In this document: piece by piece, positions 31,398-44,245 of the stretch | Position numbering within the stretch: position 1 is the first letter of the stretch | How the letters are laid out: each line of letters begins with the position of its first letter | Source: an uncultured delta proteobacterium | GTDB taxonomy: Bacteria; Desulfobacterota; WTBG01 | Reading direction: 5' to 3' | NCBI GenBank assembly: GCA_963793865.1 | Contig: CAWCBP010000014.1 | Coordinates: forward strand, 275,069 to 339,068 | Length of the DNA: 64,000 nucleotides | Translations under genes and position numbers: made by a program | The notes under the pieces: generated by a model | The model's input: only the letters and a program-made list of their open reading frames with translations | Database searches by the model: none | Told to the model about the DNA's origin: nothing

Positions 31398-34300
31398 GTG
31401 TTTTTATCGGATATCTCCATACGCAGGCCGGTGTTTGCAACCATGATGGTGGGAAGCCTCGTCCTTTTCGGGCTCATCAGCAGGGGGCGGATGGGCGTGG
31501 CCCTCTACCCGGAGGTTGATTTTCCCAACGTCAGCATTACCACCACGCTGCAGGGCGCAAGCCCCGAAGTCACCGAGACGGAACTGACCGATCCCATTGA
31601 AGATGCCATCAGCTCTGTGGAAGGCATCAAGCATATCAGCTCGGCCAATATGCAGGGGTTCTCGCAGGTAAAGGTGGAGTTTGACCTGGAGCGGGACATT
31701 GATACCGCGGCACAGGATATCCGCGATAAAATTTCCCTGGCCAACCGCTATCTGCCCAAAGACAGTGATCCTCCCATCATCAACAAAGTGGACATGGCCG
31801 CACATCCCATCATCTGGGTTGCGGTAAACGGGGATGTGCCCCGGAAGCTCCTGGGGCAGACCGCCGATGAGGTTTTTAAGCCTTACGTGGAAACGCTGCG
31901 GGGTGTCGGATCCATCGTCATCGGCGGGCTGCAGGAGCGCGAAATGCGCATATGGCTCGATGCCAGGAAGATGGAGGCCTACCATATTACCGTCAGCGAT
32001 GTGGAGGCGGCGCTGCAAAACAAGAACATCCAGGTTCCCGGAGGAAACATCGAAAGCGCCACCCGCGAGCTGTCGGTAAAAACCATGGGTGAGCTGGAAA
32101 GCGCGGATGCCTTCAACAGCCTCATCATTGCCTACCGGGAGGGATCGCCCATTCGCCTGCGGGACATCGGGTTTGCCGAGGACGGCGTTGCGGATCAGCG
32201 GTCGGTGGGGCGATTCCAGGGGGTCAACTCCATCGGCATGGGCGTTGTGCCGCGGTCGGGGTCCAACCATGTGGAGGTGTGCAACCTGGTCAAGAAAACC
32301 ATGGAGCAGCTCAAAAAAATCGCTCCTCCCGGCATCAACCTTGCGCATCGCCTTCGATTCGTCGGAATTTATCAAGAATGCCATTTCCGACGTGCAGTTC
32401 GACCTTCTTTTCGGCTCCTTTCTGGCATCGCTGGTGGTGTTCCTTTTCTTAAGAAACCTGGGAAGCACCATCATCATTGCCCTTGCCATTCCCGCCTCGC
32501 TCATCGGCGCCTTCAGCGTCATGTATGCCCTCGGGTTTACCATGAACAGCATGACCATGCTGGCGCTCAGCCTCTCCGTGGGTGAAGTGGTTGATGATGC
32601 CATAGTGGTCCTGGAAAACAGCTTCCGCCACGGGGAGATGGGGAAGGACCCGGTAACGGCCGCGCGCGAAGGGACCAACGAGGTTGCCTTTCCGGTCATC
32701 GCCTCGACGCTGGCTATTGTCGCTGTTTTTATCCCGGTTGCCTTTATCCGCGGGCTTATCGGCCGGTTCTACTTTCAATTTGGTGTTACGGTTTCCGTCG
32801 CAATTCTTATTTCTCTTTTTGTGGCCTTTACCCTTACCCCCATGCTCTGTGCCCGCTTCCTGAATGCAAAAAAGAGGCACGGGCGCCTCTATAATTACCT
32901 GGAGGAAACTTTTTCAAAAATTGACGGCATGTACCGGGAATCGCTGGCATGGAGTCTTAACCACCGTTTTCTGGTAATAGCTGTTGCTGTGGCTATTTTC
33001 ATCGCCAGCCTGGGATTGTTTAAGATTCTTGGAAAAGAATTGGTTCAGAAAGAGGACCGCGATGATTTTGTGGTCAGGCTGGAGACGCCGGTGGGCACCT
33101 CCCTTGCCGTCAGCGATAAGAAGCTTGCCCAATGTGAGTCGATCCTGAAGGAGATGCCCGAGGTGAAAAGCATTTTTGCCCTCATGGGCGCGGGGGGATT
33201 TACCTCCGTTACCAATAAGGGATTTATGTTTGTTCAGCTCACCGACAGCAGGGAGCGCACAAGAACGCAGGAAGAGATCATGTCTTACCTGAGGAAAGAG
33301 CTCAACCGGCTTTCAGGGATGGTCGCGTACGTTGAAGACATTGCTGCCATGGGCGGCGGGGGTATGGGAAGAAATGCCCCGCTCCAGTTCAGGATCAAGG
33401 GACCGGATATCATGAAGCTGGGTGAGATAGCGACAACCGTTGTCGACCGCCTGAGGACCATTGAAGGCATTGTCGGCGTTGGCGCCGACATGGAACTCAC
33501 CAAGCCGGAGGTGAGGGTGTATATCGACCGCGATAAGGCGGGTGACCTGGGAGTGGATGTGAAGACCATTGCCTCTGCCATCAGCACCCTGATCGGGGGC
33601 AGGGAGGTATCGCAGTACCGGATCGGGGGTAACAGCTATGACGTGCGGGTGCGCCTGATTCCGGAGCAGCGATCCATGTTCCAGGACATTAACAGTCTCT
33701 TGGTGCGGAACAGCGCGGGAGAGCTGCTGCGCTTGAGCAATGTGGTGGATGTGCGGGAAGAAATCGGCCCGGATGTGATCAACCGTCTTGACCGCCAGCG
33801 AAGTATCAACATATTTGCCGACCTTGAGGGGAAAACTCTGGGAGAGGTCATTGACCAGACCAAAAAAATTGTTGATGAAACCCTTCCGCCCGGCTATTCG
33901 ATCACCTTCGCCGGCCAGGCGGAAACCATGGCGGAGACCTTTCAATCCATTATATTTGCGTTTTATGCTCACTATCATCATCACTTACATGGTGCTGGCA
34001 TCCCAGTTTGAAAGCTTTATGCATCCCTTCACCATCATGCTGGCGCTTCCCTTAAGCCTTATCGGCGCCCTCGGGACCTTGTTTATCATGGGGAGCACCA
34101 TAAACCTCATGAGCCTTATCGGCATGCTCATGCTCATCGGTGTCGTGGTCAAGAACTCAATCCTGCTGGTGGATTATACCAACGTCCTGCGGGAGCGGGG
34201 CATGGAAATGAGGGAAGCGATACTCGAGGCCGGTCCGGTGAGACTCCGGCCCATCCTCATGACCGCCATCGCGACCATAGCCGGGGTGCTGCCCATTGCC

Positions 34301-34456
34301 CTGGGAGTTGGGGCCGGGAGTGAGTCCAGGGCGCCCATGGCCATTGCCGTGGCCGGCGGCATGACCTCGTCAACCTTTCTCACCCTGCTGGTGGTCCCTG
34401 TGGCCTACAGCCTGATCGATGATCTGGCCCGGAAATTTGGGTTCGGGAAGAAATAG
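31398..34456 (+). CDS. RND efflux permease, two frameshifts
   Basis: SIRRPVFATM, VVDDAIVVLEN, KNSILLVD and RLRPILMT across three ORFs. Confidence 0.92.
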
Positions 34457-34662
34457 CCGGAAGGGTTGTGCCTGCCCGGCCGCCTGAGGCTTATTCATCG
34501 TGCCGATTTTAAAGCCGCATCCTCATCCCGCCCTGCCCGCTGCGGGCGATTCCTTCCTGTGCATCCCGTGATCACGCTGCCTCGATTGCATTTGCAATAT
34601 AGCTGTTTTTGCAGGCTTCCCGGTGAAGATATGCCCCGGTTGATTTTTTTATAAATTAACTG

Positions 34663-34726
34663 TTGACAAAGCGCGCGGGTTTGGATAGATAGTTTGATAC
34701 TCTAATAATTATAAGCTCTAATTATT
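34663..34726 (+). promoter_or_regulatory. Putative sigma70 promoter with overlapping MarR-type operator
   Basis: TTGACA-17 nt-TAGATA, followed by an AT-rich stretch containing two CTCTAAT units, upstream of marR. Confidence 0.45.
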
Positions 34727-34814
34727 TTTAGATCATGCAAACTCAACAGATACCTCGCGAAAAAATCTCAAGTCTCTTAATAGGAGCGACTGGGGCACGC
34801 TTATTAAGAGAATC

Positions 34815-35231
34815 ATGTTTTCCTATAACGATATCTCGCGGAGCATCAATCCCAAGGGCCTGCTTAAAATAGATCTCACCACCGCTCAAATCAAGCTGCT
34901 TACCTGTTTCAGCGACAACGATCATCACACCATGTCGAATTTGAGCAAGAAGCTCTCGGTCAGCCTTCCCACCATTACGGCCATGGTCAACCGCCTGGAA
35001 ATCTCGAAGATGGTCAGGCGGGAGCGTGACAACAATGACCGCAGGGTGGTGAAGGTAAGCCTGACCAGAGCAGGGCGGCGGGAGCTTACCAGGCTGGTCT
35101 CCATCAGGGAAAAGGAAATGGAGCGGATATTGATGAACCTTACTGAAGATGAGATGAAAAATTTCCTCCTCTCCATTGAGTCTGTGGCCCGCCTGCTTGC
35201 AAAGGCCAGGCAAAAGCGCGAGGTGCACTGA
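34815..35231 (+). CDS. MarR family regulator (true start may be the ATG at 34735 across an indel)
   Basis: DLTTAQIKLL, PTITAMVNRLE, DRRVVKVSLT. Confidence 0.9.
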   Translation: MFSYNDISRSINPKGLLKIDLTTAQIKLLTCFSDNDHHTMSNLSKKLSVSLPTITAMVNRLEISKMVRRERDNNDRRVVKVSLTRAGRRELTRLVSIREKEMERILMNLTEDEMKNFLLSIESVARLLAKARQKREVH

Positions 35232-35381
35232 GGAAAAACCGGTAATCAGCCCCTTCTTGCCGCGCGGTGTTCAGATTCAGCCGACAGCGCGGTTGTGCTC
35301 ATGGTTAGATGAAAGGAGTCCGGTTGCAAGGCAAAGAAGAGACCCTTCTTATCAGAAACAACATGTTCTGAGGTGGTTCAA

Positions 35382-37760
35382 ATGGAAGATTTGCCAATTT
35401 CGTCATAGAGAAAAGAGCTTCCATACTCATTGTCATTATCATGATTACCTTGTTCTTTTGTTGCAGCTCATAAACCCCCTGGGATTTTTACTGACACCCC
35501 GCCATTTTGAAGTTGAGGGTCGATACCAATTTCGGTGATCTCCTGCCTCAACGGCATCCCTATATTAAAGTCCACAATATAATCAAGAATACCTTCGGAG
35601 GAGCCAACCAGGTTACTGATCATGGTGCAGGTAAGAAAGGGCGATATTTTCAACCAGGAGACTTTGGGCAAGGTGAAGGAGATCTCGGAGCGGCTGGAAA
35701 AATTTCCCGGCGGTGGACAAGTATAAGATCAGATCCATTGCCATGAACAAGATGAAGTATTTCAAGTTTAACCAGGGAACCATGAATATTGCACCCCTCA
35801 TGTTTCCCAATATTCCCCAAAACCAGCAGGAGATGGAGGATTTAAAGAAGAAAATTTACAGCGAGAGGAGGTACTATGGCCCTATGTTTCCTGGGACAGC
35901 AAAAAGACAATGATCATGGTTGATTTTTTCGAAGAGGAGCTGGGGGAGATCGGCTATGACGTGGTTTTCAAGGATTTTATGAAGCTGCAGGGTGAAATGG
36001 AGGATGGGAACCATATCATCAATATCGTCGGGTGAACCGGTACATCTGGGCTATATCAGGGCCTCAACGCCAGGAATGTGCTTGTGGTATTGGGGCGCAC
36101 AACGCTAGCAATTATGCTGCTGCTCTTCCTTTATTACAGATCAAAGCGGGGCATGTTCATTCCCATTATGGCAGCGAGCTCAGCGGGATCTGGGGACTGG
36201 GCTTCATGGCCATGATAGGGTATAATCTGGATCCCTTGGTTCTGGTGCTGCCGTTTCTGATAGCACTGATGGCCGCCCGCCACTCCATGCAGCTTATCAG
36301 CCGGTACCTGGAGGAAGTAGAGAAAGGCGCGGACGTGAAGACCGCCGCAAGGACCATGTTTATCGCCATGTTTTTCCCCGGGATTGCCGCGATCCTTACT
36401 GATGCCGTGGGCACGGCGCTCATAGCAATTTCGGTTATTCCCATCCTGACCAATATCGCCATTGCCTGTACCCTGTGGTGTTTTGCCACCTTTGTTCTCT
36501 CACTCTTTTTTACCCCCCTGATCCTTTCCTACTCAAAAAATCAAAACGGCTTGAGGCACATATTGAATCTATAAAAGCAAAACGGGGGCGGATGGTTCTC
36601 CTGGATAAGTTGCTCGGTATGGTGCATAACCTGGATTGTGGGAAGGGGCAAGTGGGTGGTGGTAACGGCCAACGGCCATCATCGTTGTGATCAGTTTTAT
36701 ATATGCCAATAATATTATTGTTGGTGATTTTTATCCGGGGAGCTCCATATTATGGCCCTGGCACCGATACAACAAGGATGCCATGCGCATTATTACCAAT
36801 ATGCCCCTTTTGAATCCGCTCTACGTGGTGATGGAAGGGGAAAAGGGCGGATTTATCTCCGAGGGGCCGACACTCCGGGAGATGGAGCGGTTCCGGCGCC
36901 ACATTGCCAAGCATCCCCGGGTGATGTTTGTCTCCTCTATTTCCGACAAGCTCCCCAGCTTCCTCATGACCTCCCATGAGGACAATCCCAACTGGTATCA
37001 TTTGCCCACGGAAGACCGCGTGCTCAGCTTCCTTTACCGCCACATGGTCTACCGGGCGAACCGGGTACCTGGGATCGCTATGTGGAACCGAAGGATATGA
37101 TGAGCAATATTGTCATTTACTGCAGGGACAAAATGCCCAAGACCACGGAGTCCGTCATAGCAACCATCAAGGAGTATATGGAGAAAGAGTCAAAGATTGA
37201 GGGCGGAAAGTATCTCCTGGCAGGCGGAGCAGTGGGAGTGCGGGCAGCGGTGAGGGATGAGATTGCCCAATCTCAGGCCTTAAATCTTGCCCTGGCACTG
37301 TTTGGCTGTTTGCTTTTTTGCGCGTTAAATTTCCGAAGCTCGGTTGCCGGGCATTCTCTTAACCATTCCCTCTTGCCATTTCCAATCTCATTACCTTTGC
37401 CCTGATGAGCGCGTACCATATCGGACTTACGGTTAATACCTTTCCCGTGTCTTCAATCGGTATCGGGCTGGGGGTGGATTATGGCATATATTTTGTCGGA
37501 CGCTTAATGGAGGAGCGAAAAGGAGCCGATCTCAATACCGCGCTTATCAATGCCATGAGGACCAACGGGAGGTCGATCGTGATGATTGCTACTACCCTTA
37601 CCGTCAGCTGCTGGTGTGGGTATTTTCGCCCTTGAAATTCCAGGCGGACATGGGGTTGCTTTTGGCAGTGCTCCTGGTGCTGAACATGCTTGGTGCCATA
37701 CTGCTTTTACCCAGCATGATCGTAATTTTTAAACCCAGGTTCCTGACCGGCAGAAAGTAG
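35382..37760 (+). CDS. MMPL/RND-superfamily transporter (HAE3-like), heavily frameshifted
   Basis: Fragments read LLPQRHPYIK...FGGAN, GYNLDPLVLVLP, and IGIGLGVDYGIY; total length about 790 codons; stop TAG at 37758-37760. Confidence 0.85.
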
Positions 37761-37840
37761 CACAGGTGACGACCGAAAAACATTATTCAGATTCATTCGC
37801 GTAAGCATCTGCATAACATTTATTAAAAGGAGGATGCGGT

Positions 37841-39443
37841 ATGAAAAGATTGTCTTTATGCCTTGCGCTCTTTCTCATGTGCCTCCTGGTGTTGCGTGAA
37901 GCCGCGGCTGATATTCAGTTGCTTGACGGAAAGCTCAGGGTCAAGGGGAGGTTTGAGCAGTACGACGTCTTTCTCACCCATTATCCCAAGGATGATGCCT
38001 TCTACCGGGATAGCACACATGGCAGTCAATCAGTCCATTTTTGCCCTTGAGGGTTTGTTCACCCTGGTAGACAACGGATCCTGGCTGATCAACTTCCAGA
38101 ACTATGTCCGGACTTATTATGATTCGGCTCCCGACTTCGATACCCATCTGCAAAGGAGTTTTTCCTCAAGCGACCACAGATACAAAGACTATCAGACCAA
38201 CCGCTACGATCAGGACGACTGGATCAATGAGATGTACATTGATGCCTACAAGGGTCCCTGGAATATCAGGCTGGGCAAGCAGGTGGTGGCATGGAGTGAA
38301 GTGGAGATGGTCCAGACCATTGACAAGATCAACCCCATCGATCTGCGCTATGCAACACCCGGCATACAGCCGTTTGACGAGATTAAGCTGGGCCTGTGGA
38401 TGTTTCGGGGGTTTTATAACTCGGATCTGCCGGGAAGGCTGATCTTTGAAAACATCTTCATACCCGGCGATTTTGAGCAGACCAGGACCCCCTTTGAGGG
38501 ATGCTGGGCGGCGAGAAAACCCGCCCCCGGTTTTATCAGAAATGCCCCCGGACAGGGGGATGCCGTCTACTGGATGATGCACGATGCTGCACCGCCGTTG
38601 AGCCTTAATAACTATCAATATGCCTTCCGCATCAGGGGCAACTCAGAGGTCTTTCTCTTTAAAACCCCCTATGTTATTGACTGGACGCTGATTTACTGGA
38701 ACGGCCTGGACACCGGACACGCAACCTTTGAAGATACGGAAACGGTTAATGCGGCGCTGAGTCAAAACGCGCTAATCAGGGCGACACAAGGCATTGCAGG
38801 TCCACCGTTACCCGATGGCAGGGATGTAGCTAAATGGAAACGGTATGAAGCGGTGGGCGGCTCTTTTCAAACCTATGTTCCTGCGCTCAATTCGGTTCTT
38901 CGGGGTGAAGTTTCCTATGAGATCGGCAGGAAGTGGAACAGTATCGATACAAACCAGCCGGTTGATTCAAAAACGGTTGGCGGTCTGGGCAACTTTGCAA
39001 AAGGGACTGTGGAAAGGGATTATTTAAGCTTAGGTCTCACCGTCGATTATCCTCTTCGCATACCGTTTTATGGCGAGCGCATGGAGAAATGGGGCGTGAG
39101 GCCGTACTGGGACACTACCTTCGGGGTATTTACGGGGTACTGGATAGGAAATGTGAGCAGGGTCTGGCAATGGTCCAACAGCTATGATCAACGGAATGTT
39201 ACCTTCTTGACCCTCATGATACGAGGGGGATTTCGCCATAACGAGTTTACCCCGGTCTTAAGGGCGCAGTACAATCCCAGAAACTTCGGCTATGTTTCAC
39301 CGGGGCTTTCCTATATGCCGGGAAAGCATTTTCGCTATGAAATCGGGAGCATCTGGTTTTTTGCCAATAATCCCGCCGTGCACCGCGAGGCTGCAGTCGA
39401 AGACCGGGATATGGTATACACCAGAATCAGATACGAATTTTAA
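37841..39443 (+). CDS. DUF1302-like outer-membrane beta-barrel protein, one frameshift
   Basis: Signal peptide, IRLGKQVVAW...DKINPID motif, C-terminal aromatic strand IRYEF; lies upstream of DUF1329. Confidence 0.78.
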
Positions 39444-39470
39444 TCAATCAATAAAGAGGAGGTTAGCATC

Positions 39471-40781
39471 ATGTCAACCAGAAGCAAGATTATTGATGTG
39501 AGTGTGTCTGTCAGCCTGGCTGTACTGCTTCTTCTGATCGGCAGCGTTGCAGCCCCCGCCAAGGATGTGAAATTTCCCACCCCTTCCTACGAAGGAGAAG
39601 AGCTTGCCAAGGTGAAGGAATGGGAGAAAACCTGGGTGGGGAAAAAGGTGACCACTGCCGAGGTAGACCAGGTTAAGGATCTCCTGCCTGAATCCGTCTA
39701 CACCATCATGAAAAGTCCCCAGGAGTTTGGGGCTGAGGGTGATCTGTGGTTCACCGTGGTGCCGTACCGGGAGTACCAGGTATCTCCCGGTTTGATCGCA
39801 GCCACCAAACAGTACGCACCCCAGGCCCAGCTGGATGAGAAGCTCGTCCTGGCAAATTACGGCAAGGTGGCGGGCATTCCTTTTCCCCAGCCGGACACTT
39901 CTGATCCGGTGGTGGCAGGCACCCAGGCTGCCTGGAATTTTGACGGTTATACCCACGGCGACGGCATCTATGTTTTTAACGGACCGGCAGCTATCATTGA
40001 CAGCAGAACCAGGCTCGAGCGGTCAGCCGGCCATTTTCGCTGGGAGCTGTTCTGGTCGGGAAGGGCCGATGTTGCTCCCAAGCCCGAGCTTCCCAAGAAT
40101 GACCGGAAGGTGCAGCGGACATTCTTCCAGAGGAATACCGCGCCTCCCGATTTTGCCGACACCACCGTTCTTGAGGTTAAATACCAGGATACCAGCCGGG
40201 ATTGCGATCTCTATGTGTACACCGCCATGTTCCGCCGCATCAGGAGATACAGCACCAACCAGAGAAGCGACATGATTGACGGCACCGACATGATTTATGA
40301 CGACAATCACGGCTGGTATACCCACATCAACATCAATAAGTACAAATTAATCGGCCAGAAAGACGTTCTGGTGTCCCGCCATGCGGAGGATCCCCAGAAA
40401 AATATAACCCGTGTTTCCGGTCAGACGTTCTGGAACGGAGTTCCCCGCGAGCGCACGAAGTGCTGGGTGGTGGAGGCGATCAACCGGGATCCTGACTACA
40501 TTTACAGCAAGCGCGTCTGGTACCTTGATCCGGAGAACTGGCAGATGAATGTGCAGGAGATGTATGACCGCCAGGGCAGGCTCTGGAAGCTGCTGGAACA
40601 GTTTTATAATGAGTATAAGATGGTTGAAGCTGAGGGCATGGTGACACACGTTTCGGCCGAACAGACCATAGACTTGGTCCGGCGCCACGGCAGCTTGGCC
40701 GTTTACGATATTCACAAGCTCGGCACAACCCTTGATGACAAGATCTTCAGCGTGGCCAACCTGCAGCAGCTGAGCTATTAG
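39471..40781 (+). CDS. DUF1329 family periplasmic protein (LolA-like fold)
   Basis: Signal peptide, AGIPFPQP, YTAMFRRIRR, YSKRVWYLD, YDRQGRLWK. Confidence 0.85.
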   Translation: MSTRSKIIDVSVSVSLAVLLLLIGSVAAPAKDVKFPTPSYEGEELAKVKEWEKTWVGKKVTTAEVDQVKDLLPESVYTIMKSPQEFGAEGDLWFTVVPYREYQVSPGLIAATKQYAPQAQLDEKLVLANYGKVAGIPFPQPDTSDPVVAGTQAAWNFDGYTHGDGIYVFNGPAAIIDSRTRLERSAGHFRWELFWSGRADVAPKPELPKNDRKVQRTFFQRNTAPPDFADTTVLEVKYQDTSRDCDLYVYTAMFRRIRRYSTNQRSDMIDGTDMIYDDNHGWYTHININKYKLIGQKDVLVSRHAEDPQKNITRVSGQTFWNGVPRERTKCWVVEAINRDPDYIYSKRVWYLDPENWQMNVQEMYDRQGRLWKLLEQFYNEYKMVEAEGMVTHVSAEQTIDLVRRHGSLAVYDIHKLGTTLDDKIFSVANLQQLSY

Positions 40782-40809
40782 ACGAATGTTCCTTTCATGA
40801 TGTTCAGGA

Positions 40810-40863
40810 CCGGTAGGAGCGGCTTTGAGCCGCGAATTAATCGCACATAAATGTGCTCCTGCG
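40810..40863. repeat. REP family A doublet
   Basis: CCGGTAGGAGCGGCTTTGAGCCGCGA followed by TCGCAC...GTGCTCCTGC. Confidence 0.75.
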
Positions 40864-40915
40864 GGAAAGAGAATATAGTTAGAGCGATTTTGTTCAATGA
40901 CTGAGGGAGACAAAA

Positions 40916-42411
40916 ATGGCAGAAACCGTGACGGTGTTTAAAGACATTACCAAAGAGCTTGAGGATTGTGTTGGCAAGGCCGGTGTTGTGACGGACGACA
41001 AAACGCTTGAGCAATACTCCCGGGACGAGAGCTGGGAGGAACCCCGGCGGCCTGACTGGGTGGTGAAAGCAGGGTCGACCGACCAGGTTCAGAAAGTGGT
41101 CCAGCTGGCCAACAAGCACAGGTTGCCGGTTGTTCCCCGGAGCTCCGGGGTTGGATTGCACGGTTCCGGCATTCCGCTGGAAGGAGGGATCATCCTTGAT
41201 ATGCAATCCATGAACCGGGTCCTGCGGGTTGACACCAGGAACAAATGGGCAATGGTCGAGCCCGGCGTGACCTACGGGCAGCTTCAGAAGGAGCTTGAGC
41301 CCCGCGGGTTCAGGGCGGTCACTCCGCTGCTCCCCCACCCGCGCAAGTCGGTGATCAGCAGCCTGCTGGAAAAAAATCCTCACCTTTCCTCCAAGATGCA
41401 TCTTGATGAAGTCATTCTTACCATGCAGCTGATACTTCCCTCCGGAGATCGCTTCCGCACCGGTTCTCTTGCGGTGCCGATTCCGGACCTCAAACCCGAA
41501 GAGGTGCCGGACAAGGCCCACTCGGGGCTCTGCAATGCTCTGGGGCCGGGCATCGACTGGTGGAGGCTGCTCACCGGAAGTGAAGCGAGCTTCGGTGCCG
41601 CAACGGTGATGAATTTCAAGATTACGCACATTCCGGCCATGCAAAAAGTTTACTTCCTGCCCTCGCAAACGCTGGAGCAGCTCGTCGAGCCCGCCTACCG
41701 TATCCTGCGGCGGGAGATCGGAAACGAGTGCTTTATCCTGAACCGGCATAATCTGGCCTGCATGATGGCGGAAGACGATAATGAGCTGGCAGCCCTGAGG
41801 GAGAAGCTTCCCGCCCTTCTGCCTGGTGCTCTGCCTGGATGCGGGTGAGTGGTACCCTGAGGAGAAAATGGCCTACCAGGATCATGCGCTTGATGAAATC
41901 TGCCAGCAGTGCACCTGCGGTGTTACCTCCGCTCTGCCGTTGCTGAAGGAAGCGGATAAGCGGGTGGCAAAAATGCTCACCCAGCCCGGGGATAACGGTG
42001 TGTACTGGAAGTTCCGGCTCAAGGGGGGATGCTGGGACCTCATGATGCTGACCACCCTTGACAAGGCGCCGCGATGGATAACTGCCGTACGCCAGGTTGC
42101 GGCGGAATGCGGATACCGTCTGGATGATATGGGAATTTACCTGCAGCCCAAGCAGCGGGGCCGCGCCTACCACCTGGAATTTAATTTCCCGGTTGACCGC
42201 GGCAATGCCGGCGAATGCACAAAAGGTGAAGGAGCTGATCCATCAGGGGGCAAAACGCCTGCTCAACGAAGGCGCGTTTTTATATCGGCCCTACGGATCA
42301 CTGGCGGAAATGGTTTTTTCACGGACCGGCAATCTTCACGAGTCAATTAGGAAAATCAAGGGAATTCTCGATCCCAATAATGTGATGAACCCGGGCAGGC
42401 TTGCCCTGTAA
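40916..42411 (+). CDS. FAD-binding oxidoreductase (VAO/PCMH, GlcD-like), two frameshifts
   Basis: VVPRSSG, VEPGVTY, GPGIDW, C-terminal LDPNNVMNPG. Confidence 0.88.
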
Positions 42412-42475
42412 ACGCTTCGTGTTCTTCGTGGTTCACCGGATACTAATATGATAGAGGGCGGATAAGGAGGTTAGA

Positions 42476-44125
42476 ATGGCTTTTTCCCAGATTGCTTTAA
42501 AGGCGCTTCAGGATGTGGTCGGTGCCGAACATGTTACCAGTGATGAGGTGATGTGCCAGAGCTATTCCCGCGTGAACTGGCTTCCTTCGGGCTTCCTCCA
42601 GAGAGAGCGCCTGGGGGTCAACATGCGCCCGGCCTGCGTGGTCATGCCCAGCTCAACCGAGGAGGTCCAGGCGATTATCAGGATTGCCAACCGCTACAAG
42701 TTTCCCTTTACGCCGAGAGGATCGGGCTATACCTTCCAGGCTTTTCCCGCCGGGGCCGGCTATCTGGTCATCGACCCCAAGCGCATGGACCGGATTATCG
42801 AGCTCGACGGCAAGAACATGTACGCGGTGGTGGAGCCCTACGTGAGCTTCGCCGAACTGCAGACCGAGGCCATGAAGAAGGGGCTTACCTGCCCCACGCC
42901 GCTCGCGGGCGCGCAGGTATCGGTGCTTGCCAACTACTCCTGGCACGGCGCCTATGGAAACAGCTGGATAAGCGGGGTGGGCGCCCACAACCTCCTGGCC
43001 TATGAAATTATCCTGCCGGACGGTGAGCTGATGAGAAGCGGCCCGCCCTCCCTCAACGAGGATGAGTGGTTCTGGAATGACGGTCCCGGCCCGGACATGA
43101 GGGGGCTGCTGAGGGGCGGCCAGTTCGGGCATGCCGGGGGCCTGGGGATGGTCACCAAGATAAGCTGCCGGCTTTTGCCCTGGCCGGGTCCGACGGTGCT
43201 GCCGACCAGCGGCGTGTCCATAGATAAGGTTGCCCCCCTTCCCGCGGACAAGTTCCGGTGGTACATGGTGCGCTTCCCCTTTGCCTATCCGGCAGATGAG
43301 GTAAAGTGGCTGAGAACATCGGCGGAGCTTTTCTATGAGATGGGAAAGGCGGAGATCGCGGTGGTTGCCACCCACCTTGCCAAGCAGTTTCTCTACACCT
43401 ATTCCTCCAAGACCAAGAAGGACCTGTTCGACAACATGGAGAAGGACGTCTTCCCTTCGGGTTTCTGCGTGATCGGGCTTCAGGCAACCACCTCGCTGGA
43501 GCAGCTGGAGTACGAAGAGAAAGTCCTGCGGGCGATTGTTGCCAAGGTGGGCGGGGAATTCGTGGGCGAGGACGAGCCGGCCCACCAGGTGTGGATCGGG
43601 CGGGTGGCCTTCGAGTGGCTGCGGTTCGGCCACGGCATCAGGCTGGCACGTCCCTCCGACGGCTTTTCAATCGGCGCCTCCAATGTGGATTCCATCGATA
43701 ATATTGTCACCGAAATCCTGCGGTCCAACGAAGGCGCCAGGCAGATGCTCTTCGGCGATAAAAAGCTGGGTAAGGATTTCGTGCAGCCGTTGAGCGTGCA
43801 CGGCGGCTGGATCAGCCCGCAGGAGTTTGGCCACTGGTGCCTGATGACTACCGACATATTCCCGGAACAGTCGGTGAAACAGGCCAGCGAGGCGATCGAG
43901 ATTATCATGTCGCATCTTAAGGGTGAGCTCGCGGACAAGAGTTCCGCGGCGGTCATTCATCTGCTCGGTCCCGCCTATGATATTCTGGGCCCCACGTTTG
44001 ATAATGTGCATCTGATTATGAAACAGATAAAAAGAACCTTTGATCCCAACAACATTTCCAACCCCCCGTATGCAACCAGGCCCGATGTCCTTTCCCCGGA
44101 AGAAGTGGCCAAGATGCTCAAATGA
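42476..44125 (+). CDS. FAD-binding oxidoreductase (VAO/PCMH family)
   Basis: PSSTEEVQAII, PRGSG, VVEPYV, GPGPDMRGL, FDPNNISNP. Confidence 0.9.
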   Translation: MAFSQIALKALQDVVGAEHVTSDEVMCQSYSRVNWLPSGFLQRERLGVNMRPACVVMPSSTEEVQAIIRIANRYKFPFTPRGSGYTFQAFPAGAGYLVIDPKRMDRIIELDGKNMYAVVEPYVSFAELQTEAMKKGLTCPTPLAGAQVSVLANYSWHGAYGNSWISGVGAHNLLAYEIILPDGELMRSGPPSLNEDEWFWNDGPGPDMRGLLRGGQFGHAGGLGMVTKISCRLLPWPGPTVLPTSGVSIDKVAPLPADKFRWYMVRFPFAYPADEVKWLRTSAELFYEMGKAEIAVVATHLAKQFLYTYSSKTKKDLFDNMEKDVFPSGFCVIGLQATTSLEQLEYEEKVLRAIVAKVGGEFVGEDEPAHQVWIGRVAFEWLRFGHGIRLARPSDGFSIGASNVDSIDNIVTEILRSNEGARQMLFGDKKLGKDFVQPLSVHGGWISPQEFGHWCLMTTDIFPEQSVKQASEAIEIIMSHLKGELADKSSAAVIHLLGPAYDILGPTFDNVHLIMKQIKRTFDPNNISNPPYATRPDVLSPEEVAKMLK

Positions 44126-44133
44126 ATTTGTAA

Positions 44134-44160
44134 CCGGTTAGGAGCGTCTTTCAGCCGCGA
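44134..44160 (+). repeat. REP family A, degenerate copy
   Basis: CCGGTTAGGAGCGTCTTTCAGCCGCGA. Confidence 0.65.
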
Positions 44161-44245
44161 AAGTAGCGTCATGAATGGGTTCCTGCCGACATTCAAACAT
44201 GTTTGATTAGCATTCAATCATGTTAGGATATTAAGGAGTGTCGGT

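Noticed and set aside
30066..35056. Identical 22-nt sequence ATGACCGCAGGGTGGTGAAGGT at 30066 and 35035
   Set aside because: It encodes the conserved DRRVVKV wing motif of two MarR paralogues; not evidence of an att site.
35382..37760. Pseudogene or programmed frameshifting in the MMPL gene
   Set aside because: The indels match the window-wide error pattern and motifs are preserved; cannot be settled without reads.
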